Shown here: positions 9,581 through 20,199 of the stretch, piece by piece
Layout: the number at the start of each line of letters is the position of its first letter
How positions within the stretch are numbered: position 1 is the first letter of the stretch
Assembly (NCBI GenBank): GCA_043827405.1
Contig: JBDRPD010000053.1
Coordinates: 1-64,000, forward strand
Direction: 5' to 3'
DNA length: 64,000 nucleotides
DNA from: Elusimicrobiota bacterium
GTDB lineage: Bacteria; Elusimicrobiota; Elusimicrobia; UBA1565
Program-made: the position numbers and the translations under genes
Notes under the pieces: generated by a model
What the model was told of the DNA's origin: nothing
Seen by the model: only the letters and a program-made list of their open reading frames with translations
Database searches by the model: none

Positions 9581-10068
9581 GGTCCCTCCGCCGGCAGGTC
9601 TTTACCGGTATAGCGCCCGCTCCGGCCGCCGGATTTGGCGCCCAGACGGATCGGCCCGATAACCATCGCCTTATCCGCCGCCTTGAGCATATCGTAAAAA
9701 GTCAGCGCGGCGATCGAGACCGCGGTCAGCGCCTCCATCTCGACGCCCGTCCGGCCGCAAAGCCGGACCACGGCGCGGATATGCACCGTCCGCCCTGCAT
9801 GCCGGAAGCCGACCTCGACCGCGTCCAATCCCAGGGGATGGCATAGCGGGATCAGCTCGCCGGTTCTCTTGGCCGCCTGAATGCCGGCGATCCGCGCCGC
9901 GGCGAATACGTCTCCCTTGGGGACTTTATCTTCGCGCAGCAGCCGGGAAGCCGCGGCGCTAAGCGCTATCCGGCCGTAGGCGACGGCCTCGCGCCGGGTC
10001 GCGGGCTTGGCGCCGACGTCGACCATGCTGGCGCGGCCGCGCCCGTCGATATGGGTAAGCTTGGACAC
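9571..10068 (-). CDS. moaC: Cyclic pyranopterin monophosphate synthase
   Basis: GTG start after AAAGGAGGAG; LTHID, MVDV, LIPLCHP, TGVEMEAL, YDMLKA, KSGG. Confidence 0.96.
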   Translation of the reverse strand: MSKLTHIDGRGRASMVDVGAKPATRREAVAYGRIALSAAASRLLREDKVPKGDVFAAARIAGIQAAKRTGELIPLCHPLGLDAVEVGFRHAGRTVHIRAVVRLCGRTGVEMEALTAVSIAALTFYDMLKAADKAMVIGPIRLGAKSGGRSGRYTGKDLPAEGPWR

Positions 10069-10071
10069 AAC

Positions 10072-10186
10072 TCCTCCTTTCCAATTAAGCCCGCCGGGGC
10101 TTCGGGAGGCGAAAGCCTTTCGACTTTCACCCAACGGCCGCGAGAGCTTTCCGCGTGGCGGGGCAGCGCTCGAGGCTCGGATTCCA
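10072..10186 (-). ncRNA. Moco/Tuco RNA motif (molybdenum-cofactor riboswitch candidate)
   Basis: Minus strand UCCGAGC...GAAAGUC-GAAA-GGCUUUC-GCCUCCCG-AAGCCC(CGGC)GGGCUU-AAU-UGGAAAGGAG, immediately 5' of moaC and including its RBS; TATAAT at 10195-10190 just upstream. Confidence 0.85.
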
Positions 10187-10190
10187 CCCA

Positions 10191-12404
10191 TTATACTTCA
10201 TCGGCGGCGGATCCACCCACGGCGACGACCTCCGCGCAACCGTACAGCGAAGCATAGCCGTCCCACACGCCGTCACACCGGCCCCAAAAAGTGCACTCGC
10301 CGCAAGCCGGCAGCAGGCTCTTCCCGCGTCGCGGATCGGAGTCCCGCCGCGCGTCGCGCGTCCGCCATATCTCCGCGACCGACAAATAGCCCGCTTCCAG
10401 ATGATGCCACAGCTGCGGCGACAGCTCCGGGCCGCCCCCCCAGCGCAGCATGCAGGGCGGAATGCCGCCGAAGGAAATCCGCAGCTTCCACTGCGCTTCG
10501 TTGCGCAGGATCATCCGCCGGATCACCGGCATCGCCTCGCGGTAGGACGGCAGCGCGGACTTATCCAGCGGCAGGCCGAATTGCGGCCGGGCGAAATGGA
10601 AGCGGAAGTCCTCCCAGCCCTCCGCGCGCATATGCAGGACGTACTCCTCCAGCCGCTCGAGATTGGCGCGGCAGATCGCGGCCTGCAGGACAACGGGCCG
10701 GGACAGGGACCGCAGCAGGCCCAGCCCCTTCATCTTCCCGGCGAACAGGCCGCACCGTCCCGTCACGCGCGCTTCCAGCTCGGCGTCGTGGCCGTGCAGC
10801 GCGACGCCCAGCCCCCGCGCGCCGGCGGCGGCGCTTTGCAGATACTTGCGGTCCGCCCAGCCCGTGCCGTCGAAGCACAGCGCCGCGCCGCCCCGCAGCA
10901 GGGCGCGCACTTCGGCCGCCTCGATCCGGGAATCCGGGCCCATATCCAGGTAGCAGACGACCGCCGCGGGCTTCGCCTCGACGCGCCGCGGCACCGCAGC
11001 CGGCGGAACGCTGCCGTCCCGCGCCTCCGGCCGCCCCCGCAGGACGTCGCCGAAAGTCTCCTCGATCTCGGCGCGGCCCACGAAGCGCATGCCGGCGAGC
11101 AGAATCTCGCGCGGCTCCGCGGTCTTAAGCCGCAGCGCCTTATCATCCAGCGACGCCGCTCCTTCCCGCAGCAAAGCCTGCACGACGGCGCCGAACTCGG
11201 CCGCCAGGTCGGCGCCGAACTTGGCGCGGAACTTGGCGCGCGCGATATGCTGCTGGTTGCGCAGGCTGGTCAGGATCATGCGCACCATCTCGCTGCGCGC
11301 GTCCGCCATCCGGCCGATGAGAATCGGCTCGTCCGGATCGAAGCGCTCGAGCAGGCGATGCGCCTGCGCGTAGCGGCAGCGGCCGTCGACCCGCGACCGC
11401 GCCGAGCTGCCCAGCCCCAGCACCGAGCAGGGCTGAATAGACGAGTCGTCCTCGTAGCGGTTGAGCGCGCTTCCTTTGATCTCCTCGCGCGCGATAAAAT
11501 ACCAAACGATATCCGGGCTGCTATGGCAGACATAGCCGCGTTCGGCGGCGGCGGCAAGCATCGGCTCCACGACCGCGCGCGCCAGCCGCCGGTAGTGCTC
11601 TTGAAACCGCGCCGGATCACCGCCGTAGAACTTCTTGAGATAGGCCGGGACCGGCTTGAGGGCGTAGACGATGACCTTGGCGGCGCCGACATCAAGCATC
11701 CTGCGAAACGTGCCGAGAAACGACTCCGTCGTATCGTCCGCCAGCCCCAGCAGCAGGTCGCAGTTCAGATCGTCGTCGAACTCCTGCTCCTTGAGCAGCC
11801 GGAGAGCGCGGAGGTTGGTTTCGCGGCCGGCGTCGGCGCGGCCCAGAGCGTCAAGAACCCGGTCGTTGAAGGACTCCACGCCCAGGCTGACGCGCTCGAG
11901 GACGCTGTCCTTGTAGATGCCGATCTTTTCGGCGGTCAGCGTATGCGGATCGCATTCGATGGTGCGCTGCCCGTCCTTGTAGTAGCGGAACGGCGTGAGG
12001 ACATTATCGACGAAGTACCGGGTCTGCCGGGCGTTCATCAGCGACGGCGTGCCGCCGCCCACAAAGACATTGCGGATGCGCGTCTTGCCCAGGGCGGCGG
12101 CGAAAAAGCGCGCCTCCTCGGCCAGCACTTCCAGATACCGGCCGATCTGATCGCCGCGCGGGCGCAGCGCGAAATAGCCGCAGTAGTCGCACAGCTGCCG
12201 GCAAAACGGCACGTGGATGTACAGGTTGATCAGCGCCTGCTTCCTTCCCGCCTGGATATCCGCGGCCAGCTTGCTCCACTCTGCGGCCGCCCGCCGGGGC
12301 GTCAGCGCGTCCTTGCGCGCCAGACGCTGCAGGAAGGTGTCGAGATCGTAGCGGCTGTCCTCGAAGTAGCCGGCGACCTTCTCGAAGACCTCCCTGTCCC
12401 GCAT
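10191..12404 (-). CDS. HemN-like radical SAM protein fused to a second, truncated radical SAM/SPASM-like C-terminal domain
   Basis: LYIHVPFCRQLCDYC, GGGTPS, RVSLGVESF; C-terminal GIPPC and CGECTFWGRCDG..Y...YG. Confidence 0.8.
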   Translation of the reverse strand: MRDREVFEKVAGYFEDSRYDLDTFLQRLARKDALTPRRAAAEWSKLAADIQAGRKQALINLYIHVPFCRQLCDYCGYFALRPRGDQIGRYLEVLAEEARFFAAALGKTRIRNVFVGGGTPSLMNARQTRYFVDNVLTPFRYYKDGQRTIECDPHTLTAEKIGIYKDSVLERVSLGVESFNDRVLDALGRADAGRETNLRALRLLKEQEFDDDLNCDLLLGLADDTTESFLGTFRRMLDVGAAKVIVYALKPVPAYLKKFYGGDPARFQEHYRRLARAVVEPMLAAAAERGYVCHSSPDIVWYFIAREEIKGSALNRYEDDSSIQPCSVLGLGSSARSRVDGRCRYAQAHRLLERFDPDEPILIGRMADARSEMVRMILTSLRNQQHIARAKFRAKFGADLAAEFGAVVQALLREGAASLDDKALRLKTAEPREILLAGMRFVGRAEIEETFGDVLRGRPEARDGSVPPAAVPRRVEAKPAAVVCYLDMGPDSRIEAAEVRALLRGGAALCFDGTGWADRKYLQSAAAGARGLGVALHGHDAELEARVTGRCGLFAGKMKGLGLLRSLSRPVVLQAAICRANLERLEEYVLHMRAEGWEDFRFHFARPQFGLPLDKSALPSYREAMPVIRRMILRNEAQWKLRISFGGIPPCMLRWGGGPELSPQLWHHLEAGYLSVAEIWRTRDARRDSDPRRGKSLLPACGECTFWGRCDGVWDGYASLYGCAEVVAVGGSAADEV

Positions 12405-12414
12405 GGCCGGGGGG

Positions 12415-13617
12415 CTACGCCGCGCGCGCCAGCGCCTCCACGATCGAGGCGCACAGGTAATCCAGGTTGCCGGTGGTAATGCCGGCCACGCTGATGCGGC
12501 CGCCCTGGACGATATAGATGCTCTTTTCCCGCCGCAGGAAGTCGACCTGCGCGTCGGTCAGCCCGCTGAAGGAAAACATTCCCCGCTGGTCGGCGATGTG
12601 CGCGAAGTCCCCGTTCGCGCCGCCGCTCTTGAGCTTGGCGACGAAAACGGCGCGGACGGCGGCGATACGCCGGCGCATCTCCTCGAGCTCGGTCCGCCAC
12701 TGCGCCCGCAGCTCGGCATCCTCGAGTATCATCTGCGCGACGAGCGCCCCATGCGCCGCCGGATTGGAGTAGTTGGCGCGGATGGTCCGCTTGAGCTGGC
12801 TGTAGGCGGCGTCCGCCGCCGCCGCCGTCGACGCGATGAGGGTCAGGGCGCCCGTCCGCTCGCGGTAGAGCCCCATATTCTTCGAGAACGAGCTGGCGAC
12901 CAGGAAGTCCGCCCCGGCGGCGGCGAAAACAGCCAGCGGCGCGCGGTCCTCCTCCACGCTCGAGCCGAAGCCCTGGTACGCGAAATCGAGAAACGGGATC
13001 CAGCCCCGCCGCGCGGCCAGCGCGGCGACCTCGCGCCACTGGTCCATGGACAGGTCGACGCCGGTGGGATTATGACAGCAGGGCTGGAGCACGACGACGT
13101 CCCGCGCGCCCAAGCCGCCGAGCGTCCGCAGCATCCCGGCGTAGTCCAGGTCCTTGGTCGCCGGCCGGTAGTACGGATACTCCGCAAGCGCGAAGCCGGC
13201 GGCGGTGAAGACGGGCCGGTGGTTGGCCCAGGTCGGGGAGCTCAGCCAGACGCGCTCCGCGGACAGGTTCGATTTTAGAAAATCAGCCCCCACGCGCAGC
13301 CCGCCCGTGCCGCCCGGCGTATAGGCGGTCTTGGCGCGGTCCGCGCCGACCAAAGGGTGCTCCGCGCCGAAAAGGAGGCCGCGGACCAGATGGGCGTATT
13401 CGGGCTGACCGGCGATCGGGAGGTAGACCTTGGTCGATTCCTCTTTGAGCAGGCGCTCCTCGGCGGCCTTGACCGCCCGCAGCACCGGCGTTTGGCTGGC
13501 GTCGTCCTTGTATACTCCGGCGCCCAGGTTGATCTTATCCGGCGACGGATCCTTCTTGAAAGCATCCGTCAGCCCGAGGATGGAATCCGGCGGCGCGGCC
13601 TCGATCGTCTGAAACAC
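12415..13617 (-). CDS. aspC: Aspartate/aromatic amino acid aminotransferase (AspC/TyrB family)
   Basis: KINLGAGVYKD, TPGGTGGLR, CCHNPTG, DFAYQGFG, SFSKNMGLYRER, GMFSFSGL. Confidence 0.9.
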   Translation of the reverse strand: MFQTIEAAPPDSILGLTDAFKKDPSPDKINLGAGVYKDDASQTPVLRAVKAAEERLLKEESTKVYLPIAGQPEYAHLVRGLLFGAEHPLVGADRAKTAYTPGGTGGLRVGADFLKSNLSAERVWLSSPTWANHRPVFTAAGFALAEYPYYRPATKDLDYAGMLRTLGGLGARDVVVLQPCCHNPTGVDLSMDQWREVAALAARRGWIPFLDFAYQGFGSSVEEDRAPLAVFAAAGADFLVASSFSKNMGLYRERTGALTLIASTAAAADAAYSQLKRTIRANYSNPAAHGALVAQMILEDAELRAQWRTELEEMRRRIAAVRAVFVAKLKSGGANGDFAHIADQRGMFSFSGLTDAQVDFLRREKSIYIVQGGRISVAGITTGNLDYLCASIVEALARAA

Positions 13618-13655
13618 GTTCTTTCTCCCCGCGGCGATACTGCCGCTCGACGGGT

Positions 13656-13685
13656 ATTATGACGGAAGCGGCCGCGGTACGTCAA
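13656..13685 (-). promoter_or_regulatory. Sigma70-like promoter of aspC
   Basis: TTGACG-18 nt-CATAAT on the minus strand. Confidence 0.55.
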
Positions 13686-13818
13686 CCAAGGCTTCCGGTT
13701 TTCCGCAGTTTTTTATTTTTTTACCCCCGCCATGCGCGGGACGACTTTCCGGACTCCGACATCCCCCAGAAGGGAAGCCTCCAGCACCACCCCGCAGGAA
13801 TGAGGTTGCCGACGGTGG

Positions 13819-15429
13819 TCAGGGCGGTGGAGACGCCCCGCGGCTTGAGGTGGAGCGGCGTCTGCCGGTGGCGACGACCACCCCATAGCTGTTGGCGAAG
13901 ACGACGTCGTACCCGCGCGGCGGGAGGCAGTCCTTGATCCGGCGCAGCAGCACGTAGTCGACAGCGTATTTATGCGCGATCTTCTCCAACCGCGCCGCGT
14001 CCATCCGGCAGTATCCCCGTACGGCTTGGGCCAGGTCGCGGACGCCCGGCTCGCCTGTGACCGTCTCGATGCGGTCGTACCATGCAAGCAGCTCCGCGGG
14101 CAGAATCGGCGTCGATTTCCAATCGACCACGACGGCGCGGCGCGCGTGCAGCCGGAACGTCTCGATTGAGGGATCGATCAAAAACGTCGAATCGACCGGT
14201 GTGCGGCGCGCCCAAGCGTAGAGCTCCGCTTGGGCGGGCGGGAATCCCCGCAGCAGGATCGATTTGCGCTGTGCTGTCGTGAGCTGATAGACGCAGCCGG
14301 TGAGGAAGAACAGCGCTGCGCCGGCAACGAGCAGCCTGTTCGCCAATCGCGGCCAGGCAGAATCCTCGCGCGGCTTCACCAGCAGCTCAGCAACCCAGCT
14401 CAGAATTACCAGTTGGACGAGCACCTCGCCAAAGGGCGCCAGGCGCCAGACGTAGGCCGCGGCGACGCCGGGCAGGTAGACAACCGTGGTCAGCAGGGTC
14501 GAGATCCAGACCGGGACGACGGCCGCCAGCAGCAAGGCCCGCAACGCGAGGGATTTCGGCCGCGGGCCGGGAAACGACCACCCGTTTATCCAGACCACGG
14601 CCAAGCAGATTATCTGCGCTCCGGCAAAGGCGGCAAACGGCGGCCAATTACTCAACGGCACGTAGTGGTGGGGCGAGCGGATAGTGAGGAATATCTCGCG
14701 GCCGACCGCGGCGTCGGGGCTGCCCAAAACGGCGAGAATCAGCGGCGCGAGCGGTATCGCCGCCAGCGCTGACGGTCCGAGGTTTTGCGCCAGCCGTATG
14801 AACAGCCGCTGTTTTCCGAGCAGCAGGTGAGCGAGCCCGAACCAGACGAAACCGAGCGCTAGAAAGTTCGCATGAAACAGCCCGCCGACGCCGAGCGAGA
14901 CGCCGGCGAGCAGATAGCGGCCGTTGATAAAGCACAGCATCCCCGCCAGGTATCCGGCGGTCGCGACCGTCGATGGCTGAAAAACGTGAGAGATAAGATA
15001 GCTGCCGGCGACGCTCCTTGTGCTCGTCGCGGCGTTGAGGCCGAGCAGCAGCAGGAAGACGGCGAGCGTCGTTCGCCGCATAGTCAACCCGGCGGCAAGA
15101 CGATGAAGGAGCAGCGCCGCTATCATGGCAAACAAGACGTTTGCCAGGGCGAACGGCCAGCCTGCGGCGCCGGCCTTGTACAGCAAGACCGCCAGGTAGT
15201 GGAATGCTTGGTGATAGGGGGTGGTCTGCGCGGCGAGCCAATCGCCGCCCAATAGGCCCGGGTGCGTCGCGCGGAACGCGCTGAGCAGGTAGGTGCTGTG
15301 GTTGGATACGCCGTAGCTCAAGCCAAAGCTCAGGCCAAAAAGCAGCGCGATCACCGGCGGTGCCCAGCGGCGGAAATCCCCAACGCTGACGTGACTTGCT
15401 GCTGGGGACCGCAAGGGAGGCGGGTGCAT
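13819..15429 (-). CDS. Polytopic membrane protein with DUF6798-like C-terminal domain (possible GT-C glycosyltransferase)
   Basis: Many TM segments; RSPHHY; FRLHARRAVVVDWKSTP...WYDRI; downstream of GT2; start ATG 15429 assumed. Confidence 0.7.
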   Translation of the reverse strand: MHPPPLRSPAASHVSVGDFRRWAPPVIALLFGLSFGLSYGVSNHSTYLLSAFRATHPGLLGGDWLAAQTTPYHQAFHYLAVLLYKAGAAGWPFALANVLFAMIAALLLHRLAAGLTMRRTTLAVFLLLLGLNAATSTRSVAGSYLISHVFQPSTVATAGYLAGMLCFINGRYLLAGVSLGVGGLFHANFLALGFVWFGLAHLLLGKQRLFIRLAQNLGPSALAAIPLAPLILAVLGSPDAAVGREIFLTIRSPHHYVPLSNWPPFAAFAGAQIICLAVVWINGWSFPGPRPKSLALRALLLAAVVPVWISTLLTTVVYLPGVAAAYVWRLAPFGEVLVQLVILSWVAELLVKPREDSAWPRLANRLLVAGAALFFLTGCVYQLTTAQRKSILLRGFPPAQAELYAWARRTPVDSTFLIDPSIETFRLHARRAVVVDWKSTPILPAELLAWYDRIETVTGEPGVRDLAQAVRGYCRMDAARLEKIAHKYAVDYVLLRRIKDCLPPRGYDVVFANSYGVVVATGRRRSTSSRGASPPP

Positions 15430-15440
15430 GCCGGCGCGCG

Positions 15441-16406
15441 TTAGCGAAAACCCGCTTTTTCGTTGATGATGAAGCGCGGCCGATTTTTCAGGATCGTATA
15501 GATTTGTCCGATATAGGCGCCGAGGATGCCGATGAGAATGAATAGTACGCCAAACAGCAGCGAGATCACGGCTAGCAGCGAAGTCCACCCCGGTACGGTG
15601 CCGCCCTGGAAGCAGCGCACGAGGATGTAGACGATTCCGGCGCAGGCCGCGAGGCTGGTCAGCAGGCCAAGCCAGATGCCGAGTCGCAGCGGGGTCAGGG
15701 AGAAGGACAAGATTGCGGCCATCGCGAGGTCGAACCTTTTCCAGAAGGTGAGCTTCGTCGTCCCGGAGCGGCGCTCGTCGGCTTGGTAGCTGATCGTTTT
15801 CGACGGGAAGCCGACCCAGTATGAGATTCCCCGCAGAAAGAGCTCCGCATCGCCGATCGCCTTGAAGGAAGCCAGCACGCAGCGGTCGATCAGCCTAAAA
15901 TCGGAGCTGCCTTCGGCGATCGGGATGCCGGTCAGCGTAGAGAACGTCCGATAGAACCAGCTGGATGTGGCGCGTTTTAATCTCGGTGACCGCTCACTGT
16001 CGCTTCTATTGGCGTGCACTATCTTGGCTCCGCCGCGCCAGGCGTCAAGCATCTCAACGATCTTCTCCGGGGGGTGTTGGAGGTCGCCGTCCATCGTCAC
16101 CACGGCCTGTCCCAAGGCGTGGGTCAGGCCCGCAAAGAGGGCGTTTTGCAGGCCGAAATTCCTCGATAATGAAATCCCTCTAAGACGGTTGTCGCGGCCT
16201 GCGGCCTCGCGGATTCGCCGCCAGGTCCCGTCGGTGCTGCCATCATCGACAAGGATTAGTTCGTAGGTTACGTCCAGCGGATCCAGCGATGCCGTTACCG
16301 CCGCAATCAGCGCCGGGACCGCTTGCTCCTCGTTGAAAAACGGCACGACAACGGAGAGAACCGGACCATCTTGCGGCAGTAAGGGCGCGACCTCGTCAAC
16401 GCTCAC
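15441..16406 (-). CDS. Glycosyltransferase family 2, GtrB/ArnC-like
   Basis: LSVVVPFFNEE, VDDGSTD, LSRNFG, MDGDLQHPP, SDFRL, two C-terminal TMs, GAYIGQIY..KNRPRF. Confidence 0.92.
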   Translation of the reverse strand: MSVDEVAPLLPQDGPVLSVVVPFFNEEQAVPALIAAVTASLDPLDVTYELILVDDGSTDGTWRRIREAAGRDNRLRGISLSRNFGLQNALFAGLTHALGQAVVTMDGDLQHPPEKIVEMLDAWRGGAKIVHANRSDSERSPRLKRATSSWFYRTFSTLTGIPIAEGSSDFRLIDRCVLASFKAIGDAELFLRGISYWVGFPSKTISYQADERRSGTTKLTFWKRFDLAMAAILSFSLTPLRLGIWLGLLTSLAACAGIVYILVRCFQGGTVPGWTSLLAVISLLFGVLFILIGILGAYIGQIYTILKNRPRFIINEKAGFR

Positions 16407-16514
16407 TATTATGAGTCTAGCAAGTCTTTTGCCGTTTTATGAAAAGTGATTTTCTGCCCATGTCCGGCGCAGGCCACCGCTTAGCAGCTTTTATAAATGG
16501 ATTCGGGACCGGAG

Positions 16515-17768
<1,254 letters not shown>

Positions 17769-17949
17769 GCCTGCGAGTCTACAAAAAATCTCCTCAGTCC
17801 GAACGGTCTGCGGCCTCCTTATCAAAAATAGTCAATCCCCCTCCCCGGTCCATCGACCGATTCTTTCTCCGGCTGATACGAATCTGCTTGCGCAAAACTG
17901 ATCGAACAACCCGCTGGACGCGCGCCGGCCGGCCTGTTAAGATAACGGG

Positions 17950-19401
17950 ATGGATATCCGGCGCATCCTCCTGGTGCGGACCTTCCGCCCCGTCGGCACC
18001 GGCGGCCCGGTCCCGCCGCTCGGCCTGCTCTATATCGCCGCCGCGATCCGGCGCGCCCGCGCGGACTGCGAGGTCCAGCTCCTTGACGCCGGCAACGAGG
18101 ACCTCGCGGCCGCCGACGTGCGGCGCCGCATCGAGGCCTGGCACCCGGACGTCGTCGGCTTGAGCACCATGACCTGCGAGGAGGAGCTCATGCGCGAGAT
18201 CGCGCGCGGCGCCAAGGACGCCGACCCGGCGCTGCGGGTAATCGTCGGCGGGCCGCACACCAATACCGCGGGAGAACGCGTGCTCGACTGCCCGTATATC
18301 GACGCCGCTGTCATCCAGGAAGGCGAAGAAACGATCATCGAGCTCCTGGAAGCCCTGGAGGAAAAGCGGCCGCTGGACTCGGTGCGCGGCATCGCCTACC
18401 GCCGCGAGGACGGAACCGGCGCCTTAACCGCGCCGCGTCCGCCGATCGAGGTTCTCGATTCCGTACCCTTTCCCGCCTGGGACCTCATCGACATCCCTTC
18501 CTACTCCCGGCACCGCAACTGGAACGGCACGCTCAAGCGCAGCTTCTACGCGCCGCTCTGCACCTCGCGCGGCTGCCCCTACGCCTGCACCTTCTGCCAC
18601 AACATCTTCGGCAAAACCGTGCGCCGGCGCTCGCCGGAAAGAGTGGTCGCCGAGATGCGGGACCTCTACGACCGCCTGGACTGCCGGGAGTTCCACGTCG
18701 TCGACGACATCTTCAACGTCGACGCCGCGCGCGCGGCGGACATCTGCCGCCGCATCATCGACTCGGGGATGGACATTTCGCTGAGCTTCCCCAACGGCCT
18801 GCGCGCCGACATCATGACCGACGAACTGCTCGCGCTCCTCAAAAAGGCGGGAACCTACAAGATCAATTACGGCTTCGAGACCGCCACTCCCCGCCTGCAG
18901 AAGACGATCAAGAAGAACGTCGACATCCCCAAGGCCCGCGAGGTCTTCCGCAAGACCTCGCGTGCGGGCATCATCACCGGCGCCTACTTCATGCTGGGCA
19001 TCCCCACCGAGACCCGCGCGGAGATGCGCGATACCATCCGCTTCGCCGCAACCTCGGAACTCGACTTCGCGGCCTTCTTCAAATCCACCGCCTACCCCGG
19101 GACCGCGATCTATGAAGCCGTTCGTGGTGAAGCGGCGGCGGAGCCGGAGCCGGGCGGCTACGACGATATGCACTTTTTTTCCGTCGGCCGCTCCATGGCC
19201 GAGGTGCCGCCGGAGGAGCTCAATGCCCTGATCCTCGAGGCCCAGCGGCGCTTCTTCTTCCAGCCCCGGCGCATGCTGCGCGGCCTGCGCAAGGCGCCGC
19301 GCAAAATGCCGCACCTGCGAGGGCTGCTGGAAGCCGCCATCCTGAGCCTGCAGGGCTACCTCGCGCAGGAGCTCAAGTCAGGGCCGGCGCCCGAGGCGTA
19401 A
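17950..19401 (+). CDS. B12-binding domain radical SAM protein
   Basis: PPLGLLYIAA, GGPH, EGEET, TSRGCPYACTFC, DDIF, FMLGIPTET. Confidence 0.93.
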   Translation: MDIRRILLVRTFRPVGTGGPVPPLGLLYIAAAIRRARADCEVQLLDAGNEDLAAADVRRRIEAWHPDVVGLSTMTCEEELMREIARGAKDADPALRVIVGGPHTNTAGERVLDCPYIDAAVIQEGEETIIELLEALEEKRPLDSVRGIAYRREDGTGALTAPRPPIEVLDSVPFPAWDLIDIPSYSRHRNWNGTLKRSFYAPLCTSRGCPYACTFCHNIFGKTVRRRSPERVVAEMRDLYDRLDCREFHVVDDIFNVDAARAADICRRIIDSGMDISLSFPNGLRADIMTDELLALLKKAGTYKINYGFETATPRLQKTIKKNVDIPKAREVFRKTSRAGIITGAYFMLGIPTETRAEMRDTIRFAATSELDFAAFFKSTAYPGTAIYEAVRGEAAAEPEPGGYDDMHFFSVGRSMAEVPPEELNALILEAQRRFFFQPRRMLRGLRKAPRKMPHLRGLLEAAILSLQGYLAQELKSGPAPEA

Positions 19402-20199
19402 GTCCGGCGGGTGCCAGCGGACGATCCGGTCGATGCGGGCGTCCGTTTTCGCGGGTTCCGGAGAATACCGCAGGACCAGATTCTCATAGATAAAGTACGC
19501 CCCGTCCAGGTAGGCATGGCTCACGTCAAATGCCAGGCCGCGGCACTCCTGGCGGCAGGCGGCGAACGGCGCCGCGTCCGGAGCGGCGCTGCCGGCGATG
19601 GTGCAGCGGCGGGTGAACGCCGCGAGATCGAACGGCGTGTACAACGAGGCCGGGACGGGCAGCGCGGCAAGCCCGCATTTCAGCAGGTCCAGGCTGAACA
19701 CGTCGAAGTCGAAGCGGACCACCCGGCGCTCATTGAGGAAGGCGCAGAAGCTCGCGTACTCCTTGGCGCTGTAGGCGTGCAGATCGATAATATTCTTGGC
19801 GAGCACCCGCGACAGCAGCCGCCCGATGACCAGCTCCAGGCGCGGCGCTTCCCGGCGGGCCAGCTCAAGCATCCCATAGTCGTTGACCACGCATTCGACA
19901 GCCGCCCCTTTCAGCTCGCGCAGCACGGCGCGGGCTTTCTCGACTCCCGCGTCCGTCAGCGGCGGGAATACGAGAGTCGCGGGCGCCCCGGCTTTCTTGA
20001 GCCGGCGCACGGCGTCCGCGTAGGCGCGCGCCGACGGCAGCCGCCGTTCGCAGGCTTCTTCGCCGAAGTACACGCGCCCCGACGGCCGCTCCGGCAACCG
20101 GTCCTGCACGAACTCGGCCCGCTCCGGCTCAGTAGTAGCAGGATTTCGTATTGCAGGGCGCGACGTTTTCGCTGCAGTATTTTTTCGCGATCTCGGCAT
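19378..20199 (-). CDS. U32-like partner protein (UbiV-like; start uncertain, alternative GTG 20109)
   Basis: RVYFGEEACERRLP, VVNDYG, GRLL, TRRC, CRQEC; directly downstream of a U32 gene. Confidence 0.65.
   Translation of the reverse strand: MPRSRKNTAAKTSRPAIRNPATTEPERAEFVQDRLPERPSGRVYFGEEACERRLPSARAYADAVRRLKKAGAPATLVFPPLTDAGVEKARAVLRELKGAAVECVVNDYGMLELARREAPRLELVIGRLLSRVLAKNIIDLHAYSAKEYASFCAFLNERRVVRFDFDVFSLDLLKCGLAALPVPASLYTPFDLAAFTRRCTIAGSAAPDAAPFAACRQECRGLAFDVSHAYLDGAYFIYENLVLRYSPEPAKTDARIDRIVRWHPPDLRLGRRP

Noticed and set aside
13690..13818. Possible structured RNA upstream of aspC
   Set aside because: GC-rich but no recognisable conserved motif, and it lies upstream of the predicted promoter
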